Below are positions 53,561 to 64,000 of a stretch of DNA of 64,000 nt, in pieces. Positions within the stretch are counted from its first letter, which is position 1. Each line of letters begins with the position of its first letter. The stretch comes from Mytilus californianus (lineage: Eukaryota). The DNA lies in the NCBI RefSeq assembly GCF_021869535.1, contig NW_026262668.1, forward strand, positions 10,416,001 to 10,480,000. Reading direction: 5' to 3'. The notes below the pieces were generated by a model, which worked only from the letters and a program-made list of their open reading frames with translations, did not search any database and was not told the DNA's origin. Both the position numbers and the translations under genes were made by a program.

Positions 53561-56439
53561 GATACATTCGTCAATAGCTATTAGAATTTATAATAACTTT
53601 GTCAGAGGTCGATTTTGACGTGTAATCAATAAATAAGTACACTGTTACGCGTATAAAGAGAGGAATATAAAACGATATGTTTAATGAACAAATATAAAAG
53701 AGGGACGAAAGATACCAGAGGGACAGTCATATATAAATGTGCATGTATATTAGAACATACTTTTATATCTATTCGAAAATTTTTATTAATTAATAAAAAG
53801 ATATCAAACAACGGAACATTTGGTTTCTTGATTACATTGAAGTTTATCAGAAAACCACTTAAAAGATGTTCGTTTTCTTATTGAGCCATAATAACACTCT
53901 TGTGTACCTTAGCAAAGCTTACGAAAGTAGTTATCTCCATTGTTGCACATGTGGAAAATCAGAGTCTAAAAAAATGATATAATAAATCAAGGTAAACTTT
54001 GTTATTTGACAAGGTTTATTTTTGCCATAATGTATATAAATGTTCATCACTCCGTCATATAAGGAATTCAAATTAACCATAAACTCAACTGTAGTTTTGT
54101 TTTCAGTCATCACTTGCATAAGAAGTATTTTAAATTTATATATATATAAGTTATTTCATTTGAAGAATTTTTCTTGCCAGCAATACAGCAAACAATTAAA
54201 TGGCACTTATTTTAACAAGACATAACCTAATTTTATTCTAAATATTGCAGTAATTTTGAACCCTTTAGTACTTTAATATGTTACAACTTCATTGTTTCCA
54301 TCGCAAAACTACGAATAACCTTATTCATGATATCTTCGGTTAACTTGTTGTGCAAACTTTCAATTAATGCTTATATTTTTATAACATCGATAACTATTCA
54401 AAATATAAAGGATTAATTGATACCATCATTTAAACTTCACTATAGCTCTGCACGTGTCCATGTTTTACTCTCGCATGTGCGCTTTAGTCCTTTCATGATT
54501 TCCATTCCCACTACGAAACATTTAACAGGCCTTTTCAGATATGGATTAACACTTTCCGTAAAACCTTATATCTTAATTATAAATCTATTTTTATTACATT
54601 TGTATTAACAGGCACCGAGCTTGTATAAACAGAGCCATGAAATGTTCTCTAAAATAGTCAAATATTATATGTAATATGTAATGATTATAAATTCAACATC
54701 CCTTTTAAAATCCTTTAACTTTTTCTTGATTGACATTTTTGAAAAAGCAAATATATACTGCATTCAGAATTCTCATGCTTGACTTATTATACAATGAATG
54801 TCCTATGAAAATTCAACACTTTTTGAAAAGGCCATTTTGATTGGGAAACGCCACGAATGTTAGACCATAAATTCCCCAGTAGATGGTCTAAATTTATGTT
54901 TGCAAACTCAACCGTTATGTGACCTACTTTGAAATATATGATTTAACATAGTTTTCTTTTAGTTGCATTAGAACTGAGAAACTAGTATTATTTTTGAAGA
55001 TTTGCGGAAATCAATTTATTATTTTGACGTTCGCTATGACATTAATAGTTCCAGTTTTAGTGCAGTTTTATTTCATTGGAAAATTTATATTCACGTGATT
55101 CAACTGTTTAAACATCCAATGAATATGAACGAAAAGGGAAAAACTATGTTAAATATAAGTTCTAACATTTTATTTGCATGCAAAATATAATAGTTGAGCC
55201 AATTGAACTATAATACTGACATCAGGATGGTGCAAACCAAGCCAATCATGGTTTGACGTTAATATATTTCTACCATAACTCAAATTTGTTGTTTTTTTTT
55301 TTATTCAAAAGGGAAATATTTTGAATTGCGACTTCTGTAATTTTGTAGTCAGTTTATTGAAATCAATTAGATTGTATCTGAATTAGTCCTCCCCTCCCAT
55401 CATCTCGTTTTCTGTTCTTATTGTTTTAAAGCGTTCTCTAGATTATATTCCAGTTACTCAGTGTTTTTTTAAAAAAATTATGCAGAGTAATTAGATTTCT
55501 TGTTTTGAACTCATCATTTCCATAGATACTGTGATGATAAAAAACAGATACAGTGAAGTAGCAATATAAAATTATCTTAATGTTATAAATTAGACCACTG
55601 TCATTCACTGCGTTCTTTAAAATTGACGTATGAGTGACGTGATCGGAAAATGGTATTTGTAATATTACTTTCCTTCACTATAACATTGATAGAAATAAAT
55701 TCTTGAGAGAAAGTCCATTTATATATTATATTATCATTGCAAGGAAGGTTCATTTAAACTTCGTTGTATTGTAAGAGAGCAATAATGGCACGGGTGATGT
55801 CCGGGGTCTTAATATGCATTATATTGACAATTTTTTTTCAATAAAAAGTGTTTATTTACTTTTGGCAGACTACGTACTGATTCCACATTTCATTTATGGA
55901 TAAGATCTCGTATCACCTTGTAAACATACGTATCGTATATAATAAAAATGTCCGCACCATAAAAGATCCTCTAGCAGTTTAGCTGTAATTTCTTTTTCGA
56001 TTACATTCAATGCCACAAAGTGAACCTGAATAAAATATTCATTCAATTCAGAAACATTAGTAATATATTTTCAAAATCAGTCCGTTTAATTCATATAGGG
56101 TACATTAGTGGGACTGATTCAAAAAGAGAGGCGAAATGTACCAAAAGGATATTTAAGCTTACAAGTCGAGACAATCTGACAGCTCTATGACAAAAGAAAG
56201 AAGAGCGACCAAATTAAAGACAAATAACAGTCCACAAAACACAAACAAGTGGTCTGGTTCTTTTCATTAAAATGCTCAAGCCTTTTAGATTATATAGCTC
56301 TAAATGGAATACTGAATACACTGTTGTGCCATTGTTCTTCAAATCTGCAATATGTATATCAAAATTATATGGATTACAAAAACAAAACGACAACATACAC
56401 ATTTGAATCCTTATATGGTTAAACGCTTTGATATTTCAG

Positions 56440-56541
56440 ACAGTAGAAGATTTAGAGGAGAGGGTTAAAAAAGCTGGTATAGAGGTCTCTGTTAGACAAA
56501 ATTTCCTTACTGATCCAACAAATGCCGTAAGAAATTTAAAA
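56440..56541 (+). CDS. GABBR1: GABA-B receptor subunit 1, coding exon (102 nt; [34 protein letters not shown])
   Basis: tttcag acceptor and gtaagt donor at 56542. Not in the ORF track (too short); read manually. Matches [34 protein letters not shown]. Confidence 0.93.
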
Positions 56542-56863
56542 GTAAGTAGTCTATGAACTTGTTCTCTACTTTTTTGTGCAAAAATGCGACTTTTATTATT
56601 CCACCATCTCCCATTCTTTGGAAACCAAACATTGTTTTAAGGAGTGCGCGACTATGATGAAAATTGTATCTTCTTCCTTCTGTCTGTCTTTATCAACGAA
56701 TTTGTCCTTAAAAGTTTGTAGGAAAATAGATCATAATTTAGAATATGCCCACAATTAGGCAGTATTTCCTGAATAATGAATCTGTGACCGTAGCTTTTCT
56801 TAGAGCAGATATATCAATAGAAGTAGGAGACATTTTTTTAATATGAAAATGCTTATTCTTTTG

Positions 56864-57403
56864 CATCTTCTCTAGCCAAGAGTTACGATCCAGTCCCCTC
56901 TTCTCCATCCTTGGCAGATAAAGCCAACATTTGTAATTACAATGTTAAGCCATCTAACGGTAGATAAAAGTCACGCCCATTCCGACTGCATCGTTATTGA
57001 CCAATGGCAGTACTTGAACTCTCTTTAGTGTGGAGGAGTAAAAATGGTTGTGTCTAATGTTTTAAAATTCGTAAAGCAGAAACCGAGAACATACATTGAC
57101 ATACCAACATTTCCACCAGAAACATACCCAGGCACTTCAATTAGTTGATAAGAACTTTAAATTTGTCAGTAAATATCGTCCTTGTTTTTGGGGTAAAGAC
57201 TTGTTGCACAATCAGCACGTGGAAATTGTTTATTTACATCTTGAACATTAAATGTGATCATCTTAAAGACACTTTTTGATTGGATGCAGCCAGTTATAAC
57301 TGCGACCAATGGAAATCATTACCTCATTGATCCGAAACTTTATCTTGATCCGCCAAGGTTGGAGAGGAGGGGACTGGATCGTAACCCTTGGCTAGCGAAG
57401 ATG
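56864..57403. mobile_element. MITE, 540 bp, with 55-bp TIRs and a 9-bp TSD
   Basis: 56864-56918 is the reverse complement of 57349-57403 (5 mismatches). Flanks are attcttttg / attcttttt. Confidence 0.85.
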
Positions 57404-58139
57404 ATTCTTTTTTTTTTCTTTGTGCACATTTTTTTGATATAGGTATATAATTTCTTTCCTTCTTGTTTTGAAGTTTTTTTAAGTCTTAAACACGTAACAT
57501 TTTTTTCTTCTTTGATACACCATATTTTTATAAATGTTTTCATCTTAATATCTTTGCGTTTCCTAATATGTTCGATGAAAACAAGTGGACCGGTTGATTT
57601 CCAAAAGAATTTTAAAAAGTGTACTCAACCATAAGATAATTCGAATCGTCACAAAATTTTAAAAACTGTCCTCACAGGGGAAAACTTTTGTTATATTAAT
57701 CAGATGGGAAACTTGAAAACACATTGGGATATCCAGCCTGACTTGGAACTCAACGGCATGGGTATCAATGGGGCAATCACAAACCACGAGTCGAAGACAG
57801 ACCGACAACAACATGACCATAAAACAGTCAAACAGCTTTTTCTATTTGAAGTTTCATATTTTCTTATAGCCATTTCATTTGGTCTCTGTTTGATAATCAA
57901 TTCATTGGCACTCATACCACATCTCCTTATTTTTAGAATAAACTCTGCATAGAAAATTGAAGATTGAGCAGAACGAACATTTAGATATCGAATAAACCTA
58001 TTTATACGGTAACACAAATAAAATTAATTTTTTTATCAAATCTATTAATGCGTTTTGATATCCTCTTAACTAGTTCAGCATGCAATGCATTTATGAACGC
58101 ATACAAATACTTAAGAAAAAAGTATTAACTTTGTTTTAG

Positions 58140-58205
58140 CGTCAAGATGCCAGAATTATTATTGGAGTGTTCTACGAAAATATGGCAAGGAAAGTGTTTT
58201 GTCAG
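58140..58205 (+). CDS. GABBR1: GABA-B receptor subunit 1, coding exon (66 nt; [22 protein letters not shown])
   Basis: ttttag acceptor and gtatgg donor at 58206. Matches [22 protein letters not shown]. Confidence 0.93.
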
Positions 58206-58567
58206 GTATGGTACACTAGAACATTGTTTTCGTGACGAATTTGTATAAAGACTTTCTTTTTTTTTAATTACATACTAAGTAAATTAATTGGATTCTACGA
58301 ATTTGTTCTTTCTTCTTCGTGATGAAATCTTGTCAACTTGACCTATCTTGAAAATCAATACTTTTGACTCTAGAATATCTTATATCATTTAAAAAAAAAA
58401 TTCAATTTGCATTTCTGTAGAATACTGCATAAAGTAGTAATTTTACAATAAATCATTTTTAGCAAAATATAGAACAAAAAAGAATAAAGAGTGCCCGTTC
58501 TTTTAATTAATTAGGAAAAAAAATACAAGGAGTTACATCATCATTATTCCATATGGGCTTGTTTCAG

Positions 58568-58765
58568 GCATATAAAGAAAAATTATATGGTAAAAAATAT
58601 GTTTGGATTATAATTGGTTGGTACCCAGACAACTGGTACAAGAAGAAGGATCCTAAATGGCCCGTTAATTGCACTGCTGACCAAATTAAAGAGGCACTCG
58701 AGGGGCATATAACAACCGAGGCTGTCGTTTTACATCAAGAGAACACTGTAACACAATCTGGAATG
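58568..58765 (+). CDS. GABBR1: GABA-B receptor subunit 1, coding exon (198 nt; AYKEKLYGKKYVWIIIGWYPDNWYKKKDPKWPVNCTADQIKEALEGHITTEAVVLHQENTVTQSGM)
   Basis: tttcag acceptor and gtaag donor at 58766. Matches [23 protein letters not shown]...NCTVDEMTEAVEGHITTE. Confidence 0.96.
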
Positions 58766-60409
58766 GTAAGTGTAATTACATTTCTCATATTAAACTTACA
58801 ACTCTCCCGAAGGTGCGTTTGATACGGTCTGGTGCCCTGTCAAGTATTTTTGGTTTTTCCTTTTTTCCTTTTTATGTTTTATTACAAATAATTCTCTTGA
58901 CTACTATAACGACATAACTATACAAGACAGCCACAATTACGCAATAGTACAAATTTAACATCTTAACTGACATGAATCAGTCTTGATGGATGTTTCAAAA
59001 CAGGCCGACATAACCTAAGGAAGTTCTATTGGGACACATCACTATAAAAAAAAATGATGTCTGATTAGGAAAACGCGATTAATCATTGTGGAAAGTTAGT
59101 AGATTACAGATTACGTCAATACCACTCTAGATAGATATGAACTAAGAACTGAGTGCACATGGAAGAAAAGTGATGAAGGAAAGGCATATATAATGTGCTT
59201 TGCTTTTTGATTAAGTCCCTGTTTTTCATTACATGGAATTTTAATTTTGATATAAAGTCATGCAATCTGATTTAAATTGATGTATCCATAGGCATTTTTT
59301 TTTTATCAAACTACAAATTTGCACAAAACTAAAACTAAACACTGCTAGAAATGAAAAATAGACGTATTGCCGAGTTTAGATCGAGATACATCAAACAGTT
59401 TAATCCTCCTAGATTTCTTTCATTGTTCTGCTTTTATTCATAAGTCTAGAAGAAGGACTACCTGAGCAAAAAGAACTAAATATTTCACTAAAACAACTTT
59501 TAAAATTGTTAAGAGGGAATTCTTTGTTGAAGTTTTCAAATGTGATAAAATCACTTTTATTTCTGCTAAAACGCAAATGTAAGGATCCATAAAAAACTTT
59601 TATTTAATCCTGTCAACTGTCAACTTTATATTTCTAGCTTTGATATTTTTCTCTACATACATTTACAATATTTTCAAAGTTGTCGTTAGTAGTATGAATA
59701 TCGTTACCAATTTTAAATGACGATACCTATAAAACATGCAAAATGGATGAACATAAGCGTATTGGTGCATGTGATTTTTTTTTGGCCAAAGCAAATTTTT
59801 ATACTGAGAACTAATTCTAATGTCTTATGATAAATTTGATATATATTCTGATATGTTCAGACTTACTATTATTGATTTTGTGCCTTATTCATAGGTACCA
59901 CGCTAACAACAAAAATCACAAACAACTAATTGTATTGTACGTGATTCAGGTTTTGATAAAGGTGAAAACCGATATTTTCAATGGTATATGTTAACATATT
60001 ATTCCAATCGATTAAATAGTGATGATGACCGTAAAGCCTTAGAATAATGATATCCATCATTCAATAAATTTTGCCAAAAAAATACGAAATGAGTATACTG
60101 CAGAAATTCTATCGATTATTGGTGTATTTGCATAGCATTACCATAGAAAAGTCATTTCTTAGGAGGCAAGTACGTTACTACAGAAGAATTGAAATTGTAA
60201 AACTGAAACCATTATCTTTTTTTTATAAAGCTGTTAATTTATGTTGATTTTCGGTAATTTTAAAAATTTGAGGCAGACCTCTTTTTCTTTTTTTCTAATT
60301 ATTTTCAATTAACTATTTTATCCTTTGGTTACCTCCTGTTGACACATAAGAAGTAAGTACCTACCGTAGTCTTGATATAATATCAGTTTTCTCCTTTTTA
60401 ATCTTCTAT

Positions 60410-60860
60410 TTCTATGTATCAGTATTCTAGCAGCACCTGCGTATTGAATAGATACCTCCAAGTTGATACGATTTCCATGATTTGCGTTTACTATCATGAC
60501 TCCTTTGATTGATAGTTGATGCTTATATAGAATCTATACTAGTTAGGGTGCAATCCTACCCTGATTTTGTTAATCGTTTGAACAACTATCGTTGTCACAG
60601 ATGACGATTGATATGTTTTTGTTGTCGTAGTCAAAATTACGTATTTTTTCTACCGATTGTTACATCTCCAAAAACGACTTGTCACTACATGTGTAGTTGC
60701 TTTTAGCTACAAGACGAATGTCACTAATGGGAACGGAACTGTTGGGGCATATTGGTTCAACCCCGGGTTTCTTTAGGTTTGTTTGTTCTTACTGTTTCTG
60801 GACTTGTTTTTTTTTTGTGCTGTTATGTTCTTTTCTCTTCTCCTAATATTGACTCTTTAT
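60410..60860 (+). mobile_element. Highly degenerate PLE RT end plus tail
   Basis: AAPAY..SKLIR..YYHD remnant followed by a tail-like gtcacagatgacga and acaagacg.atgtcact. Confidence 0.5.
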
Positions 60861-62743
60861 TATTTCAAAGTTCGTAAGTACAGGACTCCTTTTTCATTTG
60901 ACATCATTAACCTTCGAAATTATTCTTTGAAGGCATGGCCAGTTAGATTAAGCTACAGATATCACCTTTTTTACTCATTTCTATTCGGTCGAATTAGAAG
61001 AATTTTCCCTAAAGAAGCTTTTTCCATGTTTTCCATGTTTAAACAAATCAACAGATTATAATTAATCGATAGTTAATAAAAAAAAATGCTTTCCTGTGTG
61101 GGAGGTTATAATTGTCAAGACGGCTTTTTTTTAACCCTAGCTGTCGATCGTACGATAATCTTTCGATGTTCACCTTTTATTCAGTGTCTATTGTAGGTAA
61201 ATATGTTATTAATACTATCGCAATACACCTCATTATATTTATAATGGGATCGGCTTATAAGTTCTTACAGCTTAAATATTTCAAATTGAAAAATAAATCT
61301 TCAATTACCAAATAACTCTTTGCCATCATATAATTGTAAGAATTAAAATATAATAAATTTCTTGCATCTTTTAGTAATCGTAATCATACTATATATCCAC
61401 GTGATAAGTTCGTCTTCAAGATACAATTAGTTACTATTAACGGAATTGCAATTTGAAAGCCGAAGCTACCTTCTACTTCGAAATAGTGGTTTATTTTGTT
61501 GCTTCAAAATCAGTTGAAGTGATACCAATCGATTCAAGGTTGTGATGAAATCGTCAACAAGTTTGACATTCTTAATGGTTAAGAACCATTGATCATTGTA
61601 ATACCACTTTTCGTTTTATAAAATATCAATTCAGATTTTATGAAGATTTATAATGGCCATACGTTTGGTAGTGCATTTTAAAACGAATCATTGATGTCTA
61701 ACCACGATTCTGTAAAACTCTTTTAATACCATATTTTTCTGACAGATCAGATTAAGATCTGGATCAATATAAGTGTTTTCCTCAGATGTAATAAAACTTA
61801 GGCATGCCACAAGCTTCATTAGGTCTATGGACAATTTCCGATCAGCTGTAAGGTTATCCAATAAGGCCATCTTATCGTATGTAATAAGCCTATTTCTAAT
61901 ACTGTAACAGTAAAATCTTCAACTCCTTAAACTTTTAAACAAGTAAAGGGATGAAATTGGTTAATGGTGTATATTTAAGTACGCATTTTGTGACCTTTTC
62001 AGTAAATGGTCTTTTTAGGACTACCATTTCACTTAACTTAGGGTAAAATTTCTTTTCGAATGATTGTCGGTAACTAAAAATATATCTATGTGAACTATAG
62101 TATTCACAGATAAGGAAGACGACGACAGATTTTAAAACACATTTTGTATGTTGTAGTTATATTTAAAAAAAAAAACATTTTGAACTTTTCTTGTCGTTCT
62201 TTGTAAACATTTCTCTTTGTGACTAATTTATTAATTTTAAAACAGACTAAGATATTGAAAACGACAGAAACATATAGTTATCTGACAGGTAAAATGATGT
62301 ATTGGTTTCCTGATTTTCTATATTTTCTCTTACAATGGATAAAACTCTTAACATGTCTAAGCAACGCAAACAATCAGTGACGGCATTTATTTTCAATGAC
62401 AAGTAATTATAAACAAGTTTAATCTCAAAAACGATATGAAGTGCTTTGCAGAATCGAAATTTTACACCAGCTTTTGTTTTATACACAACACATTTTAAAG
62501 AAAACTTTTATTTATAACATACTAATTGTAAACGTCATTATCCAAATTAGATACCATTACATAACAATATACATTTCTATAACTTAAAATGTTACATCAT
62601 TGGCTTTCTGGAGACTACTCTTTCATTGAAAAGTTTAACCTTTAAATTTTTAAACCTAATAAAATACATGTAAATTGAAAATGCCTAATGGTAAAATTAT
62701 GTGTATATTTGTACAAAAAAGTTTAACTTAAATACATTTCAAT

Positions 62744-63040
62744 GCTGGGGAGATTCCTGCAGCAAACTTAACTGTGTGAAATGTCACCTGGGGAGATCCC
62801 GGCAGGTGTGAGCTACTTGACTAGAGAAATTACCGACCTGGGGAGATCCGGGCAGGCTTATTCCTTGGGAGATCCCGGCAGGAATTAACTTAATACCTTA
62901 ACATACATATATGTTCCTGGGGAGATCCCGGCAGGAATTAACTTAATAATTTAAAATACCTAATTGTTCCTGGGGAGATCTCGGCAGGAATTACCTTAAA
63001 TATTAAAACACATGAATGTTCCTGGGGAGATCCCGGCAGG
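62744..63040. repeat. Array of seven 20-bp imperfect palindromes CCTGGGGAGATCCCGGCAGG
   Basis: Copies start at 62744, 62787, 62837, 62863, 62916, 62969 and 63021; spacers are 23, 30, 6, 33, 33 and 32 nt. Confidence 0.95.
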
Positions 63041-63215
63041 AATTAACCTATCTGATGTATTATTGAATTTGGGGAGTATAATTCCCCTCGAATTATAAAG
63101 GCCAAATTGAATGAATTCATAGTAATGAATGAGTGAAAGCCCCCAAGAAATAATGCCATATAAAAATATAAATTGGTTATATGAAAACTATAACAAAGAC
63201 TCAAAGATGCATTTA

Positions 63216-63990
63216 TCAATGATATTTACAAATAACCTTCTTATCAGTCCTGATGTATCTTATACACAACATTCTGAGGACCGTGTCTAAAGAATGACTA
63301 CGAAACTGCTTATGTTATAATCAAGGCGTATCTAAAGTTGTCCAAATAATTAATAAAAGCCTTGCATCAGTCACTTCAAAGAATGGAAGGTTATACAGCT
63401 CCCATTCTAAAAGGTACTTTTAGTACTTATTCATTGTCACCACTGGTTCAAAGCTGTTCTCTTTAATTGTTATATTCACTACTTTTCTAAAAGGATCAGT
63501 CTTTGGTGTTCTTAGTTTCACACAAAAAGTAAAGGCACTACACTGGTATCAACATCACTGATTATTAAGCAATTTAAATTGCATCCCTAATTCAACAAGT
63601 GAATTTTTTCGCATCGAAGGAAACCAAAGAAAGCTGTTAAAATGCACAATATAACATTGTCTATGAAAAGTGAGGAAAACTCCTGTTGATAACATGTTGC
63701 ACAAAGGCTGTAATATGTCTGATGTAAATGTCGGCCTGTTCATAGAAGCATACATGTAAGTTGCTATATCTTTATCCACGCAATATAAGGTAATCGCTCG
63801 GTCCATGTTGTGGGGTAGTTATGACAAGCAAAAAATGATATCAAATCCTCGCTATATACAATTATATTATCATGTTGCAATTCTTTTCGGTTCTTTCAGT
63901 GTGTTATAAAGTAATATATCAAATGGTTCTCTGTAATAGTAGGAAGACAGTTCATGGAACTCTGTATGACACTTATATTCAGAAATGATA
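63216..63990 (-). pseudogene. Tyrosine recombinase of a DIRS/Ngaro-type element, decayed; the element probably continues beyond the window
   Basis: Motifs across frameshifts: TAFFGFLRC (63611-63634), KTDPFRK (63481-63504), FINYL, SHSF/R (63286-63300) and SSEC..RYIRT (about 63249-63280). Confidence 0.8.
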
Positions 63991-64000
63991 AAAAAAAACT

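Noticed and set aside
57704-57952. 82-aa ORF between GABBR1 exons
   Set aside because: It overlaps degenerate repeat tails (cctgacttgg core and an R1 end) and has no convincing homology to the receptor.
62744-63040. CRISPR array interpretation of the 20-bp palindromic repeats
   Set aside because: The host is eukaryotic and there are no cas genes. Spacer lengths are irregular (6-33 nt), and the last three spacers are homologous to each other (aatta.cttaa...tgtt).
58766-64000. Next GABBR1 exon (EAPLAYDA.W motif)
   Set aside because: Not found. The candidate acceptor at about 59860 runs into a stop within four codons.
1-64000. tRNA and rRNA genes
   Set aside because: No cloverleaf or rRNA-like segment was recognised; the B-box-like GGTTCAA(T/C)CC words lie in repeat tails and lack a convincing A-box.

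Overview
AT-rich animal genomic DNA, probably a bivalve mollusc (Mytilus-like; inferred from the repeat families, not tested). The only intact host gene I can support is a GABA-B receptor subunit 1 (GABBR1) on the + strand. Five coding exons of its Venus-flytrap domain lie at 23987-24121, 50817-50987, 56440-56541, 58140-58205 and 58568-58765, all phase 0 with GT-AG introns of 26.7, 5.5, 1.6 and 0.36 kb. I did not find the flanking exons. The rest is intron or upstream DNA packed with mobile-element debris: about a dozen 5'-truncated Penelope-like (PLE) RT and 3'-tail fragments from at least four families, hammerhead-ribozyme-bearing retrozyme-like repeats (one with an intact core at 18851-18890, - strand), an RTE LINE fragment, a Harbinger/ISL2EU-type transposase pseudogene and a 540-bp MITE with TIRs and a 9-bp TSD. 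There are also two multi-kb diverged tandem duplications, which may hold decayed LRR genes. The most unusual element is at the right end: a decayed DIRS/Ngaro-type tyrosine recombinase (63216-63990, - strand). About 175 bp beyond its stop lies an array of seven 20-bp bulged hairpins (62744-63040) whose stems show compensatory changes. Exon coordinates are base-exact; repeat boundaries are approximate to tens of bp.
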